From: an uncultured Desulfosarcina sp.
Lineage (GTDB): Bacteria; Desulfobacterota; Desulfobacteria; Desulfobacterales; Desulfosarcinaceae
Direction: 5' to 3'
Assembly: GCA_963674945.2 (NCBI GenBank)
Contig: CAXXWQ010000003.1
Coordinates: 448,001-512,000 of the forward strand
Length of the DNA: 64,000 bases
The translations under genes were made by a program, and so were the position numbers. Each line of letters begins with the position of its first letter. Positions within the stretch are counted from its first letter, which is position 1. This document shows, piece by piece, positions 52,934 to 61,306 of this stretch. The notes beneath the pieces are model-generated. The model saw only the letters and a list, made by a program, of their open reading frames with translations, made no database searches and had not been told where the DNA came from.

Positions 52934-54004
52934 TTATAACGATTGCATCTGGGTGGTGACGAGTATGGAAGTGCCCCTCGGGTTTTCCAATCGAACCTGT
53001 TTGTCCTCTACCAGTCGCAGGCATGTATCCACCACATCGACATCGTAGAGACGACCGCTATTGGTGATCAATTCCCCCATGGCTTTCTTCACTCCCAACG
53101 ACGGACGATAGGGCCGATGAGAACCGATGGTTTCGAATACGTCGGCGACACTTAAAATTCGCGCCTCCAACATAATGTCTTCCCCGGCAAGCCCGTTGGG
53201 ATATCCCGATCCATCCATCCGCTCATGGTGCTGCATGACGATCTCCGCAACAGGCCAGGGGAAATCGATCTTCTTCAGGATATCGTATCCGGACTGTACG
53301 TGGGTCTTGATCATCTGGTACTCCGGATCGGAAAGGCGTCCGGGTCTGCACAGGATCTCCCCCGGAATGGTAATCTTGCCTAGATCATGAATCACGGCGG
53401 CCATGCGAAGTCCGTAGATTCGATCCTCGGGAAGTTTCATCTGGGATGCGATGGCACAGGAAAGGTCGGCCACGCGAATCTGATGACCCGCCGTATAGGG
53501 ATCACGCATCTCCACGGCCAGTGCGATGGCCTGTACGAACCCTTCCAGCGCGTTTTGAAAACGGGTGACATTGCTGCGAAGTTCACTGGCCGTCGCCTTG
53601 AGCTGACCGCGCGTCTTTCTTTCATGGAAGACCCGCTTGAGCCGTGCAACGATCTCGGCCAATCGTATCGGTTTCTCGATAAAATCACTGGCCCCCTGGG
53701 CGATAATCTCCTCGTAGGCAAAGTTGTTCACCAGGCCTGTGATGATGATCACGTCCGCATCGTACTGGTGCTTGATCTCGCGGCACAACTGGATGCCGTT
53801 CATCCCCTTCATCTGAACGTCTGAAATGACCACCTCGATGGGATGCGACGGAAATAGGGTCAAGGCGGTCTCGCCGCTGTCCGCGGTAAGACACCGATAG
53901 CCGGAAGCCGTTATGCCATAGGAAAGAATGTCCCGGATATCGTCATCGTCGTCCACCACCAGCACGAGTGGTGACAATGGTTCTTCGTTCGTTTCGGACT
54001 TCAT
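52934..54004 (-). CDS. Response regulator with HD-GYP c-di-GMP phosphodiesterase domain
   Basis: REC domain (LVVDDD, ISDVQM), HDLGK, HHERMDGSGYP, ADVF...RPYR. Confidence 0.92.
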   Translation of the reverse strand: MKSETNEEPLSPLVLVVDDDDDIRDILSYGITASGYRCLTADSGETALTLFPSHPIEVVISDVQMKGMNGIQLCREIKHQYDADVIIITGLVNNFAYEEIIAQGASDFIEKPIRLAEIVARLKRVFHERKTRGQLKATASELRSNVTRFQNALEGFVQAIALAVEMRDPYTAGHQIRVADLSCAIASQMKLPEDRIYGLRMAAVIHDLGKITIPGEILCRPGRLSDPEYQMIKTHVQSGYDILKKIDFPWPVAEIVMQHHERMDGSGYPNGLAGEDIMLEARILSVADVFETIGSHRPYRPSLGVKKAMGELITNSGRLYDVDVVDTCLRLVEDKQVRLENPRGTSILVTTQMQSL

Positions 54005-54084
54005 ATAAGGCCTCCTTAACAGGGTCCAGGGCCTATGAATGCATACGTGTCTGGCCATCGTGCCGGCAATGGAAAAGGAAAGAC

Positions 54085-55068
54085 TTACGATTTGGAAATG
54101 AGAAAAGCCAAATAGCCAACATAACATCCAAGTAGAATCAGACCTTTTCTACGTGAAATTGTCAAGTCCTGTCTCATCAAAAACCAGGGTAGCGCGCTGA
54201 TGACCATCATCGCCAAATAATCCACCACCAGACCACTTTGGAAAAATCCGTCGGATATGACAATGGGTCTCACCATTGCGGTGGCACCGACGACACTGAG
54301 GATGTTGAAGACGTTGCTCCCCACCAGATTCCCCAATGAGATATCCATCTCCTTCTTCATGGCCGCCACCACCGACGTGGCCAGTTCCGGAACCGAAGTG
54401 CCGAAGGCGACGACGGTCAGGCCGATGAATTTTTCATCGACCCCCAATCTGGACATGATACTCACCGCAGCATCCACCAAAAGATCCGCGCCGACGATCA
54501 CACCGGTCGTCCCCAATACGATCATCAGAACCTGCATCCATGTCTTTTGGAGAAGACCGGTCGAGGGGGGCGGCAGGTTCGGCGTCACGGGAGCGGCCCC
54601 CGGCAATACCCGGGTGGTAACCACCGTTACCTTGTAATTGAACCATGTATAAGCAATGACGCCACCAAAAAGCGTTGCTCCCTCGATCCTCCCGATGAAT
54701 GCGTTCAGGGAGAGAAGAAACAGATAGACGGAAATCGCCAGCATGAGGGGAATGTCACGGGTGATAACGGTTCGGCTCGTCGTGACCGGCTGGAACAGGG
54801 CCGTCAGTCCCAAAACAAGGGCGATATTGCAGATATTGCTGCCCACCACGTTGCCCAGGGCGATCATGCTCTTTCCCTTGACGGCCGAGACCAGACTCAC
54901 CACCAACTCCGGCGCAGAGGTGCCGAAGGCCACGACGGTGAGTCCGATCACCATGGGTGTCAGTCCCAGGCTTCGCGCCAGGGTCGAAGCACCTCGAACC
55001 AGCCAGCCGGCGCCATAGTAAAGCAGCAGCAATCCGGCGATGAATGAGACAAAGTGAATGAGGGTCAA
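54085..55068 (-). CDS. Calcium/sodium antiporter (CaCA/YrbG family)
   Basis: Duplicated alpha repeats GTSAPE/GSN and GTSVPE/GSN; TTG start after AGGTG. Confidence 0.92.
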   Translation of the reverse strand: MTLIHFVSFIAGLLLLYYGAGWLVRGASTLARSLGLTPMVIGLTVVAFGTSAPELVVSLVSAVKGKSMIALGNVVGSNICNIALVLGLTALFQPVTTSRTVITRDIPLMLAISVYLFLLSLNAFIGRIEGATLFGGVIAYTWFNYKVTVVTTRVLPGAAPVTPNLPPPSTGLLQKTWMQVLMIVLGTTGVIVGADLLVDAAVSIMSRLGVDEKFIGLTVVAFGTSVPELATSVVAAMKKEMDISLGNLVGSNVFNILSVVGATAMVRPIVISDGFFQSGLVVDYLAMMVISALPWFLMRQDLTISRRKGLILLGCYVGYLAFLISKS

Positions 55069-55099
55069 GATCGCACACCTTTTTGATGAATTGCGGTTG

Positions 55100-56041
55100 C
55101 TATCCGCCTCCAGCGCCGAAAAATCGAATCGTCGCCGGTTTGCGTCCGGCCACACGCTGGTAGGTCTCTTCGGGCCATCCCAGAGCGATGACGGCGTAGG
55201 GGGTCTCATGGTCGGGAATGCCCAGCATCCGGACAATGTTGGGGTCTCTTTTCATCGCCTCGACGACGAATCCGATAAGACAGGTGCCCAGTCCCATGGC
55301 ATGGGCGGCCAACAGCATGTTACCGGTGGCCAGCATGGCATCTTCGGCCGGACAGGATGCCTGTTTGTCTGCGGCCACGACGATTGCCGCGGTGGCACCG
55401 TGAAAGAGAAGATCCCGTCCGTCACGCTCCCAGGCAATCAACCCTTTTGTAACGGTATCAAAGTGCTGGATGTAGTATCTGTCCAGCTCCGGTTTGCCCA
55501 TCCATCGAAGAACCGATCGAAGCCAGCTCTTTCCGGCCATTTTGTTTATTTTTTTGAAAAAATCCCCAACCCGTCGCCCCAGTCCGTCCAGGGCGGCGCG
55601 ATCCGGCAGGATGGTGAAGGTCCAGGGTTGACAATTGGAACCGGAAGGCGCGGTGATGCCCGCATTTACCAGATCCGTGAGCAGTGTTCGATTCACCGGT
55701 CGATTGCTGAAGTTGCGGCAAGAACGCCTGGAAGCCATGAGATTGACCAGATCCGCCCTATCGTATCGACCGAAGGGCAGCCATCGGATGTCCGGACAAA
55801 ACGTATGGAACATGGAAGATAACGGCCGGACCGCATCGACCCGGATGGCGTTGGATGGGCATACCGCCGCACAATGATCGCATGCCATGGATTCACTGCC
55901 GGTGACCACCGCCTTTCCGGCGGCGATGGATATCGTCTCTTTGGGACAAACCAAAACACACATGCCGCAACCGATGCATCGGGCCGCATCGATCGTCGTG
56001 GTTACTTCGCGGCGCGTGCGCTCTTTTCCGGAATCGGACAT
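55100..56041 (-). CDS. Nitroreductase with N-terminal 2x[4Fe-4S] domain
   Basis: CIGCGMCVLVCP, CDHCAAVCP, RRSCRNF, APSGSN.QPW, GLGTC.IG. Confidence 0.92.
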   Translation of the reverse strand: MSDSGKERTRREVTTTIDAARCIGCGMCVLVCPKETISIAAGKAVVTGSESMACDHCAAVCPSNAIRVDAVRPLSSMFHTFCPDIRWLPFGRYDRADLVNLMASRRSCRNFSNRPVNRTLLTDLVNAGITAPSGSNCQPWTFTILPDRAALDGLGRRVGDFFKKINKMAGKSWLRSVLRWMGKPELDRYYIQHFDTVTKGLIAWERDGRDLLFHGATAAIVVAADKQASCPAEDAMLATGNMLLAAHAMGLGTCLIGFVVEAMKRDPNIVRMLGIPDHETPYAVIALGWPEETYQRVAGRKPATIRFFGAGGG

Positions 56042-56056
56042 TTTGTTCCGCTCGTG

Positions 56057-56275
56057 TTACTCACGGTTGGTATCATCATTGGATGGATCGGTTGAATCCG
56101 GCCACTCCCGCTGGAACACGAATCCACCGTCCTCACCGGAAAACAAGCCCGGTCCGGGTTTCTCCTCCCTGCTGTCCTCGTATACGAAGGGTTGGTGGGA
56201 AGATGCACAGCCGGCGCCCAAAAGTCCCAGCGTCACCGCCAGGTATATCCAGATCCATTTGAACCCATGCATCAT
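56057..56275 (-). CDS. Small lipoprotein
   Basis: Lipobox GAGC; KPGPGLFSGEDG; translationally coupled to the porin. Confidence 0.7.
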   Translation of the reverse strand: MMHGFKWIWIYLAVTLGLLGAGCASSHQPFVYEDSREEKPGPGLFSGEDGGFVFQREWPDSTDPSNDDTNRE

Positions 56276-57549
56276 TAGAATTTTACCCGCATACCTGCCA
56301 TGATGGCGTTGATGTTGTCATAATCGGTGCCGTTTCTGTCAAGGGAATGGAAGCGGTAGCCCACGTAGGCTTCCGCCCCCCACGATTCGAGATCCTGGGC
56401 CATCTGGAAGCCGATCATATCCGCCTCGTCACCGTCTTGATCGATATCCGTGGATCGGCAGTAATCCATGGACAGAGAGGTCACCCCCATGGGACACCAG
56501 TTCGCCCGGTAGCCGAATTTGGTGTAGAAAAATGTGCCGTCGTCACGCCCGTCCATTTTGGGGTCCCGGGTTCCCATGGCGAAGGTTCCGTTAAACCCCG
56601 TATCGTGAAGCACGGAGACCGATCCGGCCAACTGTTCGTCCACCGTATCCGAGGTACCTCCTGGATTGGAAAAGGCCGCGGCTGCGGCCACCTTGAATGC
56701 ATCGATCCGTGCTGAATAGCGAATGGCGATGTCTCCGCCGCCATCGGCAATATATGATGCCGATCCCATAAAGCCATTGAAGGTGGGAGTGTCGTATCGA
56801 ATCCGCTCGTCACGGCCGAGACCGTCCATATTCGTGAAGACATTTGAGATGCGGGTACCGGAGAGGCGATTGGTATTTTTGTCGTAAAACAACTGGCCAC
56901 CGGCCATGTCAACGATGCTCGAATATCCCACCACGGAGGTACCGGACAAATCCATTTCAGACGTCCCATCCGAGGCGGTGGAACCCCATCCCATGGAAAG
57001 CTTTCCATAGATCATGGCATCTACCCAAAGGTCCAGATGCCGTTTTCGGAAGTGATTGTCTCCCACGTCACGCCTTTCGATCCGGCTGACGAGATTGCTG
57101 TCATTGGATTGAAACTCGACCTCGATCTTCGAACCGATTTCGTAACGCTCATTGGGAATGACGGTTCCCGTTAGGCCCATGCGGGTCGACGAATTGTCAT
57201 TGTCCACCAGGTACAAATTTCCATCGTCTCCATCGTCACTGTACAAAACGGCCTTGTTGACCTGACCGTAAATCCGAACCGTGGCCTTTGATTTGGTTTT
57301 GACGGTTGTCTCATCACCGGCCGTCGACCGGCCCGTGGTTTTCTCTTCCTGTAAGGCTTCCACCTGCTTTTGCAGCCGGTCGATGTTTTCCTGCTGTGTC
57401 TGAATCTGATCCTGTTGCTGTTGGAGTATTGTCTCGAAACGCTTCGTCTCTTCCACCTGTTCACCATAGGCCGAAGAGGCTGTGAAAACGCCGATTACGG
57501 TGAAAAGTAAAAAAAGTTCCTTGCATCGCATCCATCTTTCCCTTCTCAT
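56275..57549 (-). CDS. Outer-membrane porin with N-terminal coiled coil
   Basis: Signal peptide, Gln-rich coil, VRIYGQVN, NSSTRMG, IRYDTP, C-terminal GMRVKF. Confidence 0.85.
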   Translation of the reverse strand: MRRERWMRCKELFLLFTVIGVFTASSAYGEQVEETKRFETILQQQQDQIQTQQENIDRLQKQVEALQEEKTTGRSTAGDETTVKTKSKATVRIYGQVNKAVLYSDDGDDGNLYLVDNDNSSTRMGLTGTVIPNERYEIGSKIEVEFQSNDSNLVSRIERRDVGDNHFRKRHLDLWVDAMIYGKLSMGWGSTASDGTSEMDLSGTSVVGYSSIVDMAGGQLFYDKNTNRLSGTRISNVFTNMDGLGRDERIRYDTPTFNGFMGSASYIADGGGDIAIRYSARIDAFKVAAAAAFSNPGGTSDTVDEQLAGSVSVLHDTGFNGTFAMGTRDPKMDGRDDGTFFYTKFGYRANWCPMGVTSLSMDYCRSTDIDQDGDEADMIGFQMAQDLESWGAEAYVGYRFHSLDRNGTDYDNINAIMAGMRVKF

Positions 57550-57593
57550 TTTCACCTCCCTGATTTTCTGCCCCCCTTTCCTTGGGGATATGG

Positions 57594-57917
57594 TTATTCG
57601 ATATAATCCACCCGGGGTGGTGCAAACACCTCGACGGCCACCGACGCTTCCAAAGCACGGGCGCCATGAAGAACATCCGCCCCGATGCACCAGCTATCGC
57701 CCGGAGAGACGTCGTATTCGGTACCATCGACAATGAGCACAATATGCCCGGAGAGTAACAGGCCCGTTTGCTCGTGTGGATGATCGTGGAGGGGAATGTC
57801 GTACCCTTTCTTCAGCTTGAATTGTGCCATGAGCGTCTCATCGCCATGGACCATCGTACCCAGTTCCACGCCGTCAATCATCTTTCGAAATGTGAGTTGT
57901 TCCGCTTTTTTAAACAT
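57594..57917 (-). CDS. Cupin-domain protein
   Basis: HDHPHEQ, GDSW.I..DV.H, VFAPPR.DY. Confidence 0.9.
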   Translation of the reverse strand: MFKKAEQLTFRKMIDGVELGTMVHGDETLMAQFKLKKGYDIPLHDHPHEQTGLLLSGHIVLIVDGTEYDVSPGDSWCIGADVLHGARALEASVAVEVFAPPRVDYIE

Positions 57918-57949
57918 GTTTTGCTCCTTGCCAGAAGAGAGAGAGGTAT

Positions 57950-59449
57950 CTATTCAACGGCATTCGTGCCCTTTTCACCTGCCTCGAAATCCCCGTCTGT
58001 CTCATAGGCGGACGGAATCGTCTTATTGCTCTTTACCCCGAGAACTTTAAGTTGTTCGGCCCGCCGGATCAGATTGCCCCTGCCGGTGGCTAAGCGATCC
58101 CGGGCAGTGTGATACGCCTGCCTGGCCCGATCCAATTGTCGCCCCACATCCTCCAGCGCCTCGGTAAAACCCACGAATTTATCGTACAACGCTCCCGCCT
58201 GCTTTGCGATCTCCAATGCATTTTCGTTCTGATCCGCAAAGCGCCAGAAGTTCTGAATCGTCCGCAAGGTGACCAGAAGCGTGGATGGTGAAACCAGTAC
58301 GACATTTTTATCGAATGCTTCGGTAAACAATGTTCGGTCATGTTCGAGCGCCAGGAAAAAGGCACCTTCAATGGGAACGAACATGAGAACGAAGTCCAGC
58401 GTTCGCAATGCATCGATCCCTTCGTACTGCTTTCCGCGCAACCCGTTGATATGGTTGCGAACGGATGACAGATGAGCCTTGGCGGCCGTTTGCCGTTCCT
58501 TTTCATCGGTTGCACTGTGAAATCGTTCATAGGCGACAAGGGACACTTTGGAATCCACGACCACATCTTTTCCCTCGGGCAGCCGTATGATGACGTCTGG
58601 CTGGAGCCGTTTCCCGTCGCTATTGGTCATGCTCACCTGGGTTTCGTAAATCCGCCCCTTTTGCAATCCCGATCCTTCGAGGATCCGGGAGAGGATCACC
58701 TCCCCCCAGCCGCCCAGCGTCTTGACATCCCCCTTTAGTGCCTGGGTCAGATTCAACGCATCCTTTCCGATGCGTTCGTTGAGGTTTTTCAAATTGCCGA
58801 TTTCGTGCAAAAGGGTGGCCCGATCCCTTGATTCCTTGTCATAGACGTCTTCCACCCGCTTTTTGAACCCTGCGAGTTGTTCACGAAGCGGTGTGATCAA
58901 CCCGTCCATCTGGATCCGGTTCTGGTCGGTAAATGTTTTCCCCTTCTCATCCAGAATCCGTTGTGCCAGCACCTGAAACGCATGGGTCATCTGTTCCTTT
59001 GCATCTTGCAAAAAAGTGATTCTCTCCTGATCCTGTCTTCGTTCTTCCTCCAAAAGGACGGTCATTTCCGAAAGGCGCTTTTCCAATGCCAGGTTTTCGG
59101 CATTGCATCGATCCTTTTCCCGCCCAACTTGTTCAAGGGCCCGTTCGAGCTGTGGAATTCGCTCGACGGATCGAACCAGGGCGGCGTTTCGCGCTTCGGA
59201 TTCGGCCATGGCATCCCGGCGTTTGTCCAGTGCATCGGTTGTGGCCTTCAACTCTTCGCTGACTGTCTGCAACTGGTGGCGCGTGTCGGCCAATTTATCC
59301 GACAGGGACGCTTTCTCCATGTCCGCCAGTCGGACCAACGCATTCAATTCGCCCTTGCGTCGCACTCGAGACAGGACCAACACAAGTATGGTCACCAAAA
59401 GAAGGCCGACAACCACTCCGAGCAGGCAGGCAATCTCAATTAGCGTCAT
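57950..59449 (-). CDS. rmuC: DNA recombination protein RmuC
   Basis: WGE..L, QPDVII.LP, DSKVSL, DFVLMFVPIE, SPSTLL.TL. Confidence 0.95.
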   Translation of the reverse strand: MTLIEIACLLGVVVGLLLVTILVLVLSRVRRKGELNALVRLADMEKASLSDKLADTRHQLQTVSEELKATTDALDKRRDAMAESEARNAALVRSVERIPQLERALEQVGREKDRCNAENLALEKRLSEMTVLLEEERRQDQERITFLQDAKEQMTHAFQVLAQRILDEKGKTFTDQNRIQMDGLITPLREQLAGFKKRVEDVYDKESRDRATLLHEIGNLKNLNERIGKDALNLTQALKGDVKTLGGWGEVILSRILEGSGLQKGRIYETQVSMTNSDGKRLQPDVIIRLPEGKDVVVDSKVSLVAYERFHSATDEKERQTAAKAHLSSVRNHINGLRGKQYEGIDALRTLDFVLMFVPIEGAFFLALEHDRTLFTEAFDKNVVLVSPSTLLVTLRTIQNFWRFADQNENALEIAKQAGALYDKFVGFTEALEDVGRQLDRARQAYHTARDRLATGRGNLIRRAEQLKVLGVKSNKTIPSAYETDGDFEAGEKGTNAVE

Positions 59450-59814
59450 AGGGTTTTCCGAAGGGCATCGATACGATTATGTTCAACCGACACTGAGCGT
59501 TTCAAATTTTTGGAAAGAAAGAATACCTTGAAATTATAAAACGATGGTTCAATTCTTTCCTCGAATAGGTTTAATAGTGGTTATACGCGAGTTGGAAAAA
59601 CAAATCCAGTCCATACCAACAAAGGGATGGAAACGCGACCGGCAAAATATGGCGGTGGCGTAAGCGAATTTTTCGGTGGGTATTGTTTTTTATGGAACGT
59701 TGGCTGCCAAAATCAGCGATATTTCCAAACCTTATCGAAAATATCGGTGGTCAGGGAGGAATGCCTATGGATCGGCGTCGATCATGAATTCAAATGACCG
59801 GGGCAGGATTTCAT

Positions 59815-60104
59815 TCATGAGTGGTACTGGATACCATGGTCGGTGGGCCGGTGAACCATTGCCCCCAAATAAGGCCTTGCAACCCATGCATTCCCCCTGC
59901 AGTCACACCAGCCGCCGTTTTTCATGCATTGTTTGCAGATCACGGCACCACAATTGATACACTGATAGGCGCGCCGCTGCAACGATGGCCCTTCCAAAAA
60001 AGCGGCGAGGCACGGTTGTGATCTTTAAGAAGACGAATGGAGCGCCCGCAAACGATACAGGTTTCCCGGTGAGGACTTTTGACATCGATGCGTGTTTCCG
60101 TCAC
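59815..60104 (-). pseudogene. Eight-cysteine zinc-finger protein gene split by a frameshift in a T6 run
   Basis: AAAAGGAGGT then GTG 60104: MTETRIDVKSPHRETCIVCGRS...RASPL. It continues in another frame as LEGPSLQRRAYQCINCGAVICKQCMKNGGWCDC. Confidence 0.62.
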
Positions 60105-60283
60105 TGGTCCACCTCCTTTTCCAGGAAAATATTTGAAATCTTGATCTTCAGCCCAAGCCGTTTTCCACATTTACGATCCGAGCATCCATCGACCCGTCGC
60201 AATGGAAGACGACGAGTGGATTCGGGGGATGAAATAGAATCATACGCGTTGGATAAAAGGTAAAACAGTATATCAATCCAAGA

Positions 60284-60322
60284 TGTGATGGGATTCACAC
60301 GCAGCGTGTGACTGTGCTCACG
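60284..60322. promoter_or_regulatory. Two tandem CRP-type boxes
   Basis: TGTGA-TGGGAT-TCACA (60284-60299) and TGTGA-CTGTGC-TCACG (60307-60322). Confidence 0.8.
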
Positions 60323-60390
60323 ATCACTTCGAAAGGTTGACGGATTCGAGCAACGAAAAAAGCGAGGAGGGGGTAAATTTTCCTTCGGCG

Positions 60391-61026
60391 TCAAAATGTG
60401 TAGGGTAGCTTTTTATTGATTTTCATGCGCCCCATCGTTTTGGAGATGTAGCCGCCGTCGACCAATTCATTGTAGATACGGCACACGGTTTCCCGGGAGG
60501 ATCCGACGATGTCGGCAAGCTCCTGATGGGTCAGCTTCTCTTCGATGACGCCGTCGGCATTCTTGTTTTCGATCAAAAAGCGGGAAAGGCGACCATACAC
60601 GTCGAGAAAAGCCAGTTCACCAATCTGATCGGTCGCTTTTCTCAGTCTTTCCAACAGCGTTTTGATCATGTTTTGATAGATCTGGGGATGCATGGCGGCA
60701 AATTCAAAAAAAGTCTTACGGGGCAAAATCTTGAACGTACACTTCTCCTTTGTGACAACAGTGGCACAACGGGCCTCGTGATCGAACAGGCTCATCTCTC
60801 CGAAGTAGTCCAAGGGACCGAAGCGGTTGACGACGAACTGCCTTCCCGACTCATCGCTGCGCAGGGCCTTGGCCCGGCCTCTCACCACGATGAAAAGGCA
60901 GTCCGTATCGTCACCCTCGTTGATCACCAGGCTGTTTTTCGGAAACGATCGATCCAGGCAGATCGTCTCCAGTGCTGAAATATCCTCTTGGCCTAAATTG
61001 GAAAAAAGTGGAACCTTCTCGAGCAT
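60391..61026 (-). CDS. Crp/Fnr-family regulator with cNMP-binding motif
   Basis: YFGEMSL...ARCATV; HTH THQELADIVGSSRETVCR. Confidence 0.93.
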   Translation of the reverse strand: MLEKVPLFSNLGQEDISALETICLDRSFPKNSLVINEGDDTDCLFIVVRGRAKALRSDESGRQFVVNRFGPLDYFGEMSLFDHEARCATVVTKEKCTFKILPRKTFFEFAAMHPQIYQNMIKTLLERLRKATDQIGELAFLDVYGRLSRFLIENKNADGVIEEKLTHQELADIVGSSRETVCRIYNELVDGGYISKTMGRMKINKKLPYTF

Positions 61027-61107
61027 GTTCTTGACCTCGATCGGTGCCGGCGGACTGCCCCGATCCCCCAATCGAGAATATGGGCGTCGTTGGCGGCCAC
61101 CGGCTTC

Positions 61108-61284
61108 TTACTCCTCGCAGGGACCTACATCCTCACAATCCGGATGGGTGCTGCAGTCTTCCAAGCATTTGTAGATGTACTCCGCGCTGCCGCTGACGAT
61201 GATCTTACACTTACATCTCCGTTTGTTGCATCCGGCGGCGAATACCAGGAAAAGCGCCAATAAAATCAGGACAAACCTTTTCAT
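61108..61284 (-). CDS. 58-aa cysteine-rich lipoprotein
   Basis: Hand translation: MKRFVLILLALFLVFAAGCNKRRCKCKIIVSGSAEYIYKCLEDCSTHPDCEDVGPCEE. GAGGAGG RBS. Too short to appear in the ORF track. Confidence 0.78.
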   Translation of the reverse strand: MKRFVLILLALFLVFAAGCNKRRCKCKIIVSGSAEYIYKCLEDCSTHPDCEDVGPCEE

Positions 61285-61306
61285 TTTGCTTCCTCCTCAA
61301 TCAGGG

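Noticed and set aside
54040..54070. Sigma-54-like GGCACG upstream of the HD-GYP gene
   Set aside because: There is no GC or TTGC at the -12 position.
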